From Candidatus Thorarchaeota archaeon (lineage in GTDB: Archaea > Asgardarchaeota > Thorarchaeia > Thorarchaeales > Thorarchaeaceae), in NCBI GenBank assembly GCA_003345555.1, contig PRDJ01000042.1, positions 12,282 through 76,281 of the forward strand: DNA of 64,000 nucleotides, given 5' to 3'. The notes below the pieces were generated by a model, which saw nothing but the letters and a program-made list of their open reading frames with translations, searched no databases and had not been told where the DNA came from. Shown piece after piece: positions 39,573-49,461 of the stretch. Each line of letters begins with the position of its first letter. Within the stretch, counting starts at the first letter, position 1. Position numbers and translations under genes: made by a program.

Positions 39573-40961
39573 ATGAGCGATCGAGTAAGAGACGAAGGTA
39601 ACTCAGACTTCTACGCAAGGCTCGGCGTAGAACCGATGGGCAAAGAAGGGCGCACGCATTTCAGTAATGAACTGACACCGGAGATAGCCGGAAAGGATGT
39701 CGTGCTAGTCGGATGGGTTCACATACTCCGTGACAAGGGAAAGCTCAAGTTCCTCATTCTCAGAGATGAACACGGCACTGCTCAGGTCACAATATCGCAG
39801 GACAAGGTTCCACCAGACGTCTTTACTGTTTCCGGACAGCTGAAACCTGAGTCGGTTGTCGCTGTCAAGGGGCGGGTTGTGAAGGCCGGCCAAGTCGAGA
39901 GGGGCGTTGAGGTTGTACCCACCAGGATTCGTCTGATAAACACTGCAGAACGGCTCCCAATAGACGTTGTTGAGGGAAAGGTCGACATTGACCTAGAGAC
40001 TCGTCTCAACAATCGTATTCTCGACTTACGCAAGCCAAGAGTGAATGCCATTTTCCATGTGCAGCATTGTCTTGTGAAATGGGCACGAGAGTATCTGGTC
40101 AAGAATGCATTCATCGAGATTCATACCCCCAAGCTCGTGGCTGAGGCCACGGAAGGGGGTGCAAACCTCTTTGAGGTCAAGTACTTCGAGAGAAAGGCGT
40201 ACCTCGCGCAAAGCCCTCAGTTCTACAAGCAGCTTATGCTTCTGGCAGGATTCGGAAGAGTCTATGAGGTCGGGCCCGTATTTCGAGCCGAAAAGCACAA
40301 CACTCGTCGTCATGTCAACGAATACACATCATTCGATTTTGAAATGGCATGGATAAGTGGCGTCGAGGATGTCATGAACATGGAGGAGAGAATGCTAGAG
40401 TACGCATTCAAACAGACAATCAAGGAAGCATCTGCTGAGCTCGAGTTGGTAGGAGTAAAACTCCAGACGCCGAAGGTCCCGTTCAAGAGAATCAAACATG
40501 CGGAAGCTATTGACCTAGTGAACGAGACGGGCATGCATCTGTCGTATGAGGACGACCTTGACCCGGAGTGCGAACGCATTCTCGGTGAGATCTTCCCGGA
40601 GAAGTACGGCACTGACATGGTGTTCATAACGCACTATCCACTTGGGCTGAGACCGGCATACACGATGCCAAGTCTAACTGATGAGGGAAAGACTGAGAGC
40701 TTCGACCTCACGTACAAGGGCATGGAGATCACAACTGGCGGTCAACGGATACATCTCTATGATCTTCTTGTTGAACGATTCAAAGCAAAGGGATTTGACC
40801 CAGCGCATTTCGCTTTCTATCTTGACCCCTTCAAGTATGGGGCGCCTCCACACGGGGGACTCGGTCTTGGAGTAGAACGTCTGACTATGCAGACACTTGG
40901 AATTGAGAACGTAAGAGAAGCCACTCTGCTCCCCAGGGACCGCGACAGACTGACTCCCTAA
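39573..40961 (+). CDS. aspS: aspartyl-tRNA synthetase, archaeal type (class IIb)
   Basis: OB-fold N-terminus, QSPQFYKQLLM, motif 2 FRAE, motif 3 GLGLGVERL. Confidence 0.8.
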   Translation: MSDRVRDEGNSDFYARLGVEPMGKEGRTHFSNELTPEIAGKDVVLVGWVHILRDKGKLKFLILRDEHGTAQVTISQDKVPPDVFTVSGQLKPESVVAVKGRVVKAGQVERGVEVVPTRIRLINTAERLPIDVVEGKVDIDLETRLNNRILDLRKPRVNAIFHVQHCLVKWAREYLVKNAFIEIHTPKLVAEATEGGANLFEVKYFERKAYLAQSPQFYKQLMLLAGFGRVYEVGPVFRAEKHNTRRHVNEYTSFDFEMAWISGVEDVMNMEERMLEYAFKQTIKEASAELELVGVKLQTPKVPFKRIKHAEAIDLVNETGMHLSYEDDLDPECERILGEIFPEKYGTDMVFITHYPLGLRPAYTMPSLTDEGKTESFDLTYKGMEITTGGQRIHLYDLLVERFKAKGFDPAHFAFYLDPFKYGAPPHGGLGLGVERLTMQTLGIENVREATLLPRDRDRLTP

Positions 40962-40970
40962 TGCTCACTC

Positions 40971-41000
40971 TATAATGCTCTCTCAAAGCACGAGCCGCGG
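40971..41000. repeat. approximately 30-nt direct repeat, copy 1 (ataatgctctctcaaagcacgagccgcgg)
   Basis: Matches 41353..41385 at about 29 of 31 positions. Confidence 0.6.
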
Positions 41001-41080
41001 GATTCAACGGACAGTATCAGCACACGCGAGTTTCTACAGGACATCTCGTAGTTAAACTAACTTCATCCCGGCGGCGTAGG

Positions 41081-41160
41081 TTTTCCTTGTTTAACTTCTT
41101 TCTTTACCTTTGGTCGTCTAATGCTCTTTCCTTTCTTTCCCATTTTTCATCTCTTCTTTC
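41081..41160 (+). terminator. pyrimidine/T-rich tract downstream of aspS (candidate archaeal terminator)
   Basis: ttttccttgtttaacttctttctttacctttggtcgtctaatgctctttcctttctttcccatttttcatc. Confidence 0.3.
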
Positions 41161-41352
41161 TAATAGAACCGGTTCTACAAACCTCAAACGCAACATACAA
41201 CTATAAAACAGCACGGATATGAGACCTTGGGGAACTTATAAGGAAATATTCCTTAGAGTATTCTGTTGGCACGAGTGATATAGGAGGGGGAATAACAAGA
41301 CCCCCTATCTTGTGATTTCTAATTCCTTTCCTCTGAAGAATTCCAAGAGGCT

Positions 41353-41385
41353 CAATAATACTCTCTCTTAAAGCACGAGCCGTGG
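41353..41385. repeat. approximately 30-nt direct repeat, copy 2 (caataatactctctcttaaagcacgagccgtgg)
   Basis: See copy 1. Confidence 0.6.
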
Positions 41386-41439
41386 CAACGTGTAATGGCC
41401 CAGCGACACTCATATCAACTCAAGAAGAGGTCCTAGGTA

Positions 41440-42177
41440 ATGGACGAACCACTGCAATCCGCGCTCTACGCATCAATCGCTACACTGGACCAGCTCAAGA
41501 AAATGTACGACATGGGCGTTGTTGATGTCAGGTCGTATGAAAGGGAGTCTGAAGCGCTAATAACAGAGGTTCGGAATTGCATCGAACAGATGCGGAGAAC
41601 CGGTCTTGACGTTGGGAACTTCGTGGGTCAGGCCCGGATATCGGAGTCGTTTCCCGAAGCGTCGAACATGCTGGGGCTGTACGGACGAGACACGCGGCAG
41701 CCAGGTATAGGGATGACAACTGATCAGTACTTCGACTACATCGGACTTGCCGTCTTAGATGTGGCTACCGCGAATTCCTCGAAAGGGCTGATGGGACTTG
41801 CGGAACTCATTGTCGAGGTCGTGCGCCTGCTGCCAGAGCTCAAGTCTGTCAGCTACAATGACGTGATCGAGGCAGTGAACCGCGTGTCTCAACATGGATT
41901 GATACCGGGCATTCGGACGCTTAGGGGCGGAGTCAAAGTTGTGGAACTGCGTCCGTTAGAGCTGCGTCGTGACCAAGCAGATGTAATCAATGCTGCCGCC
42001 ACCAAGGGGTACGTTTCCATTGAAGAGCTCATGATGCAGCTCAAGTGGTCAGAGGACCATGCACGTCAAGTTCTCTCCAGTCTGGTCGATGCTGGCATGG
42101 CAGTGGCAGACATACGGTTCTCGACGGGTGGCCGCTATTACTTCCCGGGTTTAAGACCTAGAGATAGTACAGTGTAG
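41440..42177 (+). CDS. ESCRT-II Vps22/EAP30-like tandem winged-helix protein (tentative)
   Basis: 245 aa; helical N-terminus and two WH-like segments; context with Vps25-like and Vps4. Confidence 0.4.
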   Translation: MDEPLQSALYASIATLDQLKKMYDMGVVDVRSYERESEALITEVRNCIEQMRRTGLDVGNFVGQARISESFPEASNMLGLYGRDTRQPGIGMTTDQYFDYIGLAVLDVATANSSKGLMGLAELIVEVVRLLPELKSVSYNDVIEAVNRVSQHGLIPGIRTLRGGVKVVELRPLELRRDQADVINAAATKGYVSIEELMMQLKWSEDHARQVLSSLVDAGMAVADIRFSTGGRYYFPGLRPRDSTV

Positions 42178-42225
42178 AGGACTGTATTCGCTGTTGGCAT
42201 TCGGGCTATGACAGGTCACATTGGA

Positions 42226-42939
42226 TCAGACCACTGCTAGTATTGCGCCTTTCTTCGAGTCAACCCATTTTGCCAATCCTTTGTCAACCATTATCTGCAT
42301 GATTCGATGCAAGTCTCTTTCAGGGAGCTTCGAGAAGTCTTGGCCGGATTCCTGCACGACAATTGACTGCACATCTAGGCGCAGTTTTCCTGTCTTTATT
42401 GCCCAACGGTATATGATGTCACCCCATTCCTCGAGGGGTCGCCAGTAGACTCGAAGCTGTCTTTTCTTCTCGTCGAGCCATTCTCCAACGTCCTTCTTGA
42501 CCAATGATTCACCTATGAATCTGAAGGCGTCGACCTTTCCAAGGATGTCACTGAACGGTTTCTCCTTCACGAAGGTTGACACTGAAAGAACATGTATGCT
42601 TTTGAACTCGGTCCAAATCATAAGATAGTCTGACCACTCTTCCGCCCACATTTCTATGTCTTTTTCTGCAGGTGGAATATGATACATCCATTCAGCTTGG
42701 TTTACGTTTCCCCACTGCGGGGCCGGGAGCTCTAGGACCTGTGAGGGCGCAGACTCAGGGACGATTTCAGTCTGAATCGACTCGAGCTCCTGAGTCTGCG
42801 AATCCTCTTCAGCTTCAGTTTCGGTAACATCGACAAGAGTGTCGGTCTTAGGTGTCTCTTTGCCAACAGAAGCATCAGACGTTGGTTTGGGGGTTGGCTT
42901 CTGTCGCTCCTTTTCTTTCCGGCGTTCCTTCACTTCCAA
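42226..42939 (-). CDS. ESCRT-II Vps25-like protein
   Basis: C-terminal tandem WH with the Vps25-like signature YWRPLEEWGDIIYRWAIKTG; start 3 nt after the vps4 stop. Confidence 0.55.
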   Translation of the reverse strand: MEVKERRKEKERQKPTPKPTSDASVGKETPKTDTLVDVTETEAEEDSQTQELESIQTEIVPESAPSQVLELPAPQWGNVNQAEWMYHIPPAEKDIEMWAEEWSDYLMIWTEFKSIHVLSVSTFVKEKPFSDILGKVDAFRFIGESLVKKDVGEWLDEKKRQLRVYWRPLEEWGDIIYRWAIKTGKLRLDVQSIVVQESGQDFSKLPERDLHRIMQIMVDKGLAKWVDSKKGAILAVV

Positions 42940-42942
42940 TCC

Positions 42943-44172
42943 CTAAGACGCCTCCCCCCATTCGATATACTTCCTTACGTCTTCTGGAGTTGTACCGGGT
43001 CCAATGTTCTCAATAGCCCGCAGAAAGTCGTCCCGTGAGACGGGCCGTAGTTCGAGTCGTGCGCGGTCGCTATCGAGCTTTCCCACGCGCTGTAGGTCTC
43101 TTATTGGTTCCATCGCGGCTTCCCGACATACCACACTAATATCCCGGCCACTATAACCGTCGGTCAAATCAGCAAGTTCTCCGAAGTCGACTTCCGGGGA
43201 CAGTTCAATGTCTTCCATGTGAATCTCGAATATCTTTCTCCGTGAGGTTTTCCTTGGCAAGGGGATGTGAATCTTCTTCTCAAATCTTGATCGAAGAGCG
43301 AAGTCCAGTTCCCATGGAAGATTGGTAGCACCGATTACAGTAACCCTATCATCGGGATGAGTCGCCAATCCCTGCAGCTCAGTCAATAGCTGAGTCTTGA
43401 GTCGTCTCTCCCCGCCAACATCATGTCCCGTTCTTGAGATTCCAACAGAATCAAGCTCATCCATGAAGATAACGGAGGGCTGACTCCTCCTCGCCATTTC
43501 AAAGAGGGTCATGACGAGCTTCTCTGACTCGCCGAGCCACTTGCTGACGATATTTGCGGCTGAGACATTGAAGAACGTTGCATGCACTTCAGAGGCCACA
43601 GCCTTTGCTATGAGAGTCTTACCACATCCTGATGGTCCATAGAACAGAATGCCCTTCCAGGGCTGCCTCGATTTTCCCTTGAAGAGTTCAGGATGTTTCA
43701 TTGGAGACACAATGGCTTCTTGAATTACCTGCTTTGCATCGTCCAATCCTGCAACCTCGGACATTTTCAAATCCGGTCGTTCAGTAAGAATCGTGTCAGC
43801 AATCATATCCTGAAGGTGTCTCATGTCTTCGTTGTCGTCGCCTGTTTCCGAAGTCCTTCCGGATGGCAGTGATGGCTCTCCCCTGTCTATAGAAAATGTG
43901 GCGGGAATACTTGGAATCGTCGGTCGTTCCGCTTGCCTTGTCTTAAGGCCTGAGATGTATCTTACCCGATCTACACACTCTTGGGCCCTGCTCAGGTAGT
44001 GCTTCTGCAAAGATGGAAGGGATGAGGAATTCGAGAGCTTGATGAGTATCATGCTTGCCTTTAGATAGTCACTACAAGCCTCTTTCTGGAGTCCTCTCCT
44101 GTCCAAATCTATTGCCTTTTCGAGCAAAGCCTTGACTCCAAGGTCGAGGCGGTCAGCGTCTGTTCCTGACAT
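42943..44172 (-). CDS. vps4: Vps4-like AAA ATPase (MIT domain plus AAA)
   Basis: N-terminal MIT-like helices; Walker A GPSGCGKT; Walker B VIFMDELDS. Confidence 0.85.
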   Translation of the reverse strand: MSGTDADRLDLGVKALLEKAIDLDRRGLQKEACSDYLKASMILIKLSNSSSLPSLQKHYLSRAQECVDRVRYISGLKTRQAERPTIPSIPATFSIDRGEPSLPSGRTSETGDDNEDMRHLQDMIADTILTERPDLKMSEVAGLDDAKQVIQEAIVSPMKHPELFKGKSRQPWKGILFYGPSGCGKTLIAKAVASEVHATFFNVSAANIVSKWLGESEKLVMTLFEMARRSQPSVIFMDELDSVGISRTGHDVGGERRLKTQLLTELQGLATHPDDRVTVIGATNLPWELDFALRSRFEKKIHIPLPRKTSRRKIFEIHMEDIELSPEVDFGELADLTDGYSGRDISVVCREAAMEPIRDLQRVGKLDSDRARLELRPVSRDDFLRAIENIGPGTTPEDVRKYIEWGEAS

Positions 44173-44268
44173 TCAAGGTCGCCAGTCAAGTGCGCTTGAA
44201 TGGTTAAGAGTTTCTGTGTTTCGTAGCGCGATACTCCTTCAGTTGTCCTGCCCGCCAGAAAGGCACGT

Positions 44269-44955
44269 TTGTTACGAAGGCTTAAAGGCGGAGGTCTCGC
44301 ACAACCCACAGAAGTTCATCATCAGGACATGGTGAGGTCGTTGGGTACATTCAGGAAGGCTATGACTTGGGGTCGCAAGAAGCCGGACGTTGCAGAGGTA
44401 ACCAGTCAGCTTAGAATCCTAGGCAAAGAGCTCGAGCGAGAGAGAAACAGGCTCGAGAAGGAAGAGACTGAGACCAAGGCTCGAGCGGTGCGGGCTCGGA
44501 AAGAGGGCCATGTCGACGCCTACAAGACCTACGCAGTAGAGATGATCCGGTTCAGGAAGTATGCTTTGTCTGTCGACAAATCGCGGCTTCACCTACTGAG
44601 GGTACTCGGCCATATCGTTCATGCTCAGTCGGCCGCTAAGACGAGCTTGGCAGTAGAAAAGGTCGCCAAGATTCTCGGGATACTAGGTGATGCAAAAGAC
44701 CCAACAAAGGTTGTTCGGAGTCTTGATGAGATTACTCGAAGACTGGACGCAATGGAAATCGAAAGCGGGATTTCTGACGAAGCCTTTGACTCTATGAAAG
44801 ACAGCAAGGTGACGTCAGAAGAGCTGGCCGCAGCACTGCAGGAGATTGATGCCGAGGCTGGGGCTGCAAAGGTCGTCTCGCGGGCCGGTCCAGCTACAGA
44901 GGCTGAGAAACTCGAAGAAGAGATCAAGTTGCTAGAGAAGGAACTTGGTGTCTAG
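44269..44955 (+). CDS. ESCRT-III (Snf7/CHMP family) protein
   Basis: 228 aa; basic helical N-terminus, acidic C-terminus with MIM-like EEEIKLLEKEL; divergent from vps4. Confidence 0.6.
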   Translation: MLRRLKGGGLAQPTEVHHQDMVRSLGTFRKAMTWGRKKPDVAEVTSQLRILGKELERERNRLEKEETETKARAVRARKEGHVDAYKTYAVEMIRFRKYALSVDKSRLHLLRVLGHIVHAQSAAKTSLAVEKVAKILGILGDAKDPTKVVRSLDEITRRLDAMEIESGISDEAFDSMKDSKVTSEELAAALQEIDAEAGAAKVVSRAGPATEAEKLEEEIKLLEKELGV

Positions 44956-44956
44956 A

Positions 44957-46597
44957 CTAGCGCCCAAAGACCTGACGATTCCCAGAAGCCGTTTCTAGTC
45001 TTTTTCTCGTTTCAAATGAATCTCGCATGAGTCCCTTGTATCTCCTGATGAAATCCTCTGGGACCAGCTGACCGTTCCTCAATAGACGAACCGTTTCTCT
45101 AGCGGCATCCTCAATCGTTATCGCGTCTCTTCTGAGTCCCATTGTTTCTGCAGAGTCGGGAACCGGAGAAGGCATGCCACCTGCACCGAACAAGCCGCCG
45201 AGGTCTCGGCCGAGTCTGTCGTGATACTGCAAAGGAGCTGTGCGGGCTCCGTTGTCAGATGCGTTTCCGAATGGATAGTACGAAGCCGATCGCCGGTCGT
45301 ATGGTCCGTATCCAGCAGATGCTTGTGTCCCGATGTCAGCTTTTCCACCTGAACACATGAGCGAGTAGGCGAGTTCTTCTACCTTGAGCCTGACATCGCT
45401 AATGCTCACGTCGGTCTGTCCGAGCTTTCTCGTTCGCTGAAGGTCTGACTGCATATACTTGTCGAATTTTCTGGCGATTTCTACATAATCTGGCAGAACA
45501 CTCTCTGTCTGATCGCTGCAAGTTATCTTGATATCGCCCTGCTTCATTCTCAGGACTGTTCTCTTTCTCAGCCTGCCATCCTCTTCTAAACCCTTCATGT
45601 AAGCAAGGGGTATATCGAAGACTATGTCGGTTTTCTTTCGGAGTCTTCCGGTTTCAGCAATAAAGACGAGCCTCTTGTTGGTTATGTACAAGGTGCCAGT
45701 GGCCTTGTCATTCTTCACGAAGTCACTGCCTGCGATTCTGATGTCGGGTAACGCACAGACTGGCAGTTCGTTTACAGACAGTTCTGCAGTCTCATAGAAC
45801 CCCGCGAATTGCTTCCTATAGTAGTCCAGTCCGTCCAGCTGCTGTTCGATATCTACTAATGTCAGCCTCGCCTCTTCGATTGCGTCATCAATATTCTTCC
45901 GGTATTGACCCACAAGATGGGTGACACGATTCGTTACTCCGCCTACAAAGGGGAACTGATCGGCAGACCATGCGCTGGAATCGAGGAGCCCCTTGGTCTC
46001 AGCAGCCATTTGCCTCGAGACTATCTCCGCTTGGCTTGTCACTCTGTTCTTGATGGCAGGGATCTCCATCTCGATGTTCTCAATCTTCTCTTCCAGCCAG
46101 CGATAGTGAAGGAAATTCGCCATCCTGAGAGAAACAAGAAGCCTCTTGGCTGACATCAGCTGGTTGGTGAAATCGCGCAGGCGTGTGTATCCATAGTGGA
46201 GTGTGATTATGGCATGACGCAGGTCTTGAGCCAGCACCTTTCTTTTGTCCTCTACAGACACCGTGTGTGTGGAATGGCACCTGGGACAGATTTCTTCGAT
46301 TCGCTTCCCAGCACTCAGCTCTCGAGAGCCGCATTCCGGGCATTTCTCGAACTTCTGCCCTGGGGCGGGAGTGCCAAGGCCGTGGTGGCAATTACTGCAT
46401 ACAATGTGCTCGCTTGACTTGGTCTCAAGGCATTCCAAGCACAATACCTCTCCGCAATCCTCACAAAGATGCGTGGCTCTATTGCTCTTGCAGACTTTAC
46501 AGAGCTGGGTAGAGGATTCGTTACTCAACTGGGTGCCTCCGAACATCTGGGCTTGCATATTGTACTGAGGAGTCATGGATAATTGGCTATGTATCAC
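44957..46597 (-). CDS. B-box/treble-clef zinc-finger protein with coiled coil and GRAM/GLUE-like PH domain
   Basis: 546 aa; CKVCKSNRATHLCEDCGEVLCLECL...CSNCHH; CPECG...CPRCH; GTLYITNKRLVFIAE GRAM/GLUE-type strand. Confidence 0.5.
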   Translation of the reverse strand: MIHSQLSMTPQYNMQAQMFGGTQLSNESSTQLCKVCKSNRATHLCEDCGEVLCLECLETKSSEHIVCSNCHHGLGTPAPGQKFEKCPECGSRELSAGKRIEEICPRCHSTHTVSVEDKRKVLAQDLRHAIITLHYGYTRLRDFTNQLMSAKRLLVSLRMANFLHYRWLEEKIENIEMEIPAIKNRVTSQAEIVSRQMAAETKGLLDSSAWSADQFPFVGGVTNRVTHLVGQYRKNIDDAIEEARLTLVDIEQQLDGLDYYRKQFAGFYETAELSVNELPVCALPDIRIAGSDFVKNDKATGTLYITNKRLVFIAETGRLRKKTDIVFDIPLAYMKGLEEDGRLRKRTVLRMKQGDIKITCSDQTESVLPDYVEIARKFDKYMQSDLQRTRKLGQTDVSISDVRLKVEELAYSLMCSGGKADIGTQASAGYGPYDRRSASYYPFGNASDNGARTAPLQYHDRLGRDLGGLFGAGGMPSPVPDSAETMGLRRDAITIEDAARETVRLLRNGQLVPEDFIRRYKGLMRDSFETRKRLETASGNRQVFGR

Positions 46598-46723
46598 ACT
46601 GGTATTAGTCGATGCATGCTGGTGTTTGGCTAGCTAGTGCACTTGGTACTCTCCAAATGGATTGTCCCGTCCGGATTGGTTATATTACGGGAAGCAAGTT
46701 TCGGAACACAAGGCGAATCACGC

Positions 46724-48109
46724 ATGAAGACTCTCGCGCAGGCTGCAATTGAAGCCGCTCTCAAGACCGGAGCTGCTTTTGCAGACATCAGGATAGAAAA
46801 CACAGTTACAACAATCATTGAAATCGATGATGGAGTCACAAAGAGGTCGATGGCCGCCCAGTTGAAGGGGGCGGGAATAAGAGCATTCTTCGACGGAGCT
46901 TGGGCATTCGGTCAAACCACGGACCTAACTCCTTCTGCAATGCGAAGTACTGCGGCATCTGTTGCCAAGATGGCTATTGCCACGCACGGCAGAGTCGCAG
47001 AGAAGTTCAGCATTGACGGACCTGCCTTCGAAGACAATGTCCGTCTCAAGGTGAAACGCCCACTCCAAGATGTGGGTGCGGCGGAGAAGGTTGCATTGGT
47101 CAAGATGATAGATGAGCAGGCTCGAGGTTATGACAAGAGGATAGCAAATGCCCGGACTACGTATGGAGACCTGTGGACCGAGCTGTACGTAGCCAATTCA
47201 TTGGGTACGAGTGTTTACATCGAGAATTCGCTGCCGCGCATTGTCAGTATGGTAACAGCCAAGGACGGAGCCAACAGACAGCGGGCGTTCAAGTCAGCGG
47301 GGGCAAGGGGTGGTTTCGATGAGATGCAGACCGAACACGCTCAAACAATCGGCGAAGAGTCTTCCAAGTTGGCTGTTGAACTCCTGTCTTCTGTCGCTGC
47401 AAAGGGTGGAGTCTATGATGTCATCATGGATCCAGTTTTCAATGGAGTAATGGTGCATGAAGCGTTTGGTCATGCTTGCGAGGCAGACAACTGGCCAGCT
47501 CATACCACGGTACTAGAAGACAAGGTGGAGAAGGTTGTGGGGCCTGAACACCTGAATTTGAGTGATGATCCTACCCTTGAGGGGATGCGTGGTTCGTTTC
47601 CTTACGACTGGGAAGGGACTAAGACCCGAAAGAGACATCTTGTCAGACGCGGCGTACTTACGGATCTACTGCATGGCCTTGAGTCTTCCAGTCGGCTAAA
47701 CATGGAACCAAACGGTGCGGCAAGGGCCCAATCGTTCATGAGTGAGCCGATTCCTCGGATGAGCAACACGTTCATGGAGCCCGGCGACTGGCGTGTTGAT
47801 GAGCTGATTTCAGACACGCGCCAAGGAATCCTGCTTTGCGACTTCAACTATGGCTACACGGAGCCATCAAAGGGTCAGTTCATGTTTCAGGCGAGCTATG
47901 GATATATGATTGAAGGTGGAGAAGTTGGCCAGATTGTGCGCGATGTATCAGTTGCAGGACAGATTCTTGATGTACTTCCCAAGATAGATGCCGTGGCGAA
48001 CGACTTCAGATTGGAAGCAGGGAGTTGCGGCAAGAACGCTCAGCTGGTTCCGGATATGAGTGGCGGACCTCACGCTCGGGTACGGTCAGTTCCGGTAGGA
48101 GGAATGTAA
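46724..48109 (+). CDS. tldD: TldD family metalloprotease
   Basis: HEAFGHACEAD HExxxH motif; start taken at the internal Met of the ORF-track entry. Confidence 0.8.
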   Translation: MKTLAQAAIEAALKTGAAFADIRIENTVTTIIEIDDGVTKRSMAAQLKGAGIRAFFDGAWAFGQTTDLTPSAMRSTAASVAKMAIATHGRVAEKFSIDGPAFEDNVRLKVKRPLQDVGAAEKVALVKMIDEQARGYDKRIANARTTYGDLWTELYVANSLGTSVYIENSLPRIVSMVTAKDGANRQRAFKSAGARGGFDEMQTEHAQTIGEESSKLAVELLSSVAAKGGVYDVIMDPVFNGVMVHEAFGHACEADNWPAHTTVLEDKVEKVVGPEHLNLSDDPTLEGMRGSFPYDWEGTKTRKRHLVRRGVLTDLLHGLESSSRLNMEPNGAARAQSFMSEPIPRMSNTFMEPGDWRVDELISDTRQGILLCDFNYGYTEPSKGQFMFQASYGYMIEGGEVGQIVRDVSVAGQILDVLPKIDAVANDFRLEAGSCGKNAQLVPDMSGGPHARVRSVPVGGM

Positions 48110-48110
48110 G

Positions 48111-49460
48111 ATGACGAAGCAGCTCACGGACCTAGCAGAGAAGACAGTCAAAGTCGCAGAACGATTGGGCGCTGAGCAGGCGGAGGTCTACATCGGTTCC
48201 ACACGGTCTTTCTCGATTGATGTTGAGAACAATGCTATCAAGAGCGCCGCCGAAAGAAGAGACGCTGGGTGCGGCATTCGATGCGTGTTTGGAAAGAAGA
48301 TAGGCTTCGCATACGTAACCACACTAAACGGTGATGACATCGAAAATGCCTTGCGCAGGTCCATTTCTTTGGCAAAGGCATCAGTCGCTGATCCCGACTT
48401 CGTGAGTCTGCCCGGTCCTGAGTCACGCTACCCCGTTGTGAAGGACTTGTTTGACAAGGGCGTAGAAGGCTTGACTGCTGATGAAGCTGCTGACCTTATC
48501 GCAGGATGTCTAGATGCTGCCAAGGAGCCTCTGCATGGAAGGAAGTATGCCATTCAGGCAGACTTGAGCACTTCTTCGGGTAGCAGAGCAATCGCCAACT
48601 CTCTCGGAGTGTCACAGTCTGCAGAATCGACTTCTATAACAATGTACAGCGAGGTGACAATCAAAGAACAGGCGGACCAAACGTCAAGTTACGAGTATCT
48701 GGTGTCGCGTGCACTGAGGGAGATTAATCCTGAGTGGATCGGCAGGACCGCTTCGGAGAATGCATTGCGCAATCTCGGAGCGAAGACTATCGAAGGCGGC
48801 GACATGTCAGTAATCATGACACCTCTGGCCGTAAGCATGGTTGTCGGATCAGGTTTTGCAGATGCCGTCAACGCAGAAGAGGTTCAACAGGGACGTTCCT
48901 ACATCTCAGATGCAATTGGCTCGGAAGTTGCATCGGATGAATTACATATCGTGGATGATGGTTTGCTCAAGGGCGGAGTAGGGTCACGAGCATTTGATGC
49001 AGAAGGTGCCCTTTCTCAACGGACTCAGGTGCTGAAACGCGGTGTGTTGCGGAGTCTGCTCCATAGCTCTTACACCGCTAACAAGGATCGGGTTCCCAAT
49101 ACCGGGAATGCTTCTCGGCCTTCCTACGCTGGCATACCAATGATTGCCACTACCAACTTCGTGATTGAGCCTGGGCGCGGCATGCTTGAAGATCTCGTCT
49201 CAGAAGTGAAGAAGGGCGTCCTCTGCATGAATACATTCGATCGACCGAACATGACCACGGGCGATCTGAGCGCAATGGTGAGCGAAGGTTTCTACATAGA
49301 GGACGGCGAACTCAGACAAGGAGTCAAGAGTACTCTCATAGGCATCAACATGCGTGACCTTCTCAAGAGGGTCATTCGTGTCGGTGCAGACACGAGAGCA
49401 ACAGGCCGCATGGTGACCCCTTCCATCGTGATTGATTCTGCCAAGATAACCTCCGGATGA
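48111..49460 (+). CDS. pmbA: PmbA/TldE family protein
   Basis: 449-aa TldD/PmbA-fold paralog immediately after tldD. Confidence 0.7.
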   Translation: MTKQLTDLAEKTVKVAERLGAEQAEVYIGSTRSFSIDVENNAIKSAAERRDAGCGIRCVFGKKIGFAYVTTLNGDDIENALRRSISLAKASVADPDFVSLPGPESRYPVVKDLFDKGVEGLTADEAADLIAGCLDAAKEPLHGRKYAIQADLSTSSGSRAIANSLGVSQSAESTSITMYSEVTIKEQADQTSSYEYLVSRALREINPEWIGRTASENALRNLGAKTIEGGDMSVIMTPLAVSMVVGSGFADAVNAEEVQQGRSYISDAIGSEVASDELHIVDDGLLKGGVGSRAFDAEGALSQRTQVLKRGVLRSLLHSSYTANKDRVPNTGNASRPSYAGIPMIATTNFVIEPGRGMLEDLVSEVKKGVLCMNTFDRPNMTTGDLSAMVSEGFYIEDGELRQGVKSTLIGINMRDLLKRVIRVGADTRATGRMVTPSIVIDSAKITSG

Positions 49461-49461
49461 A

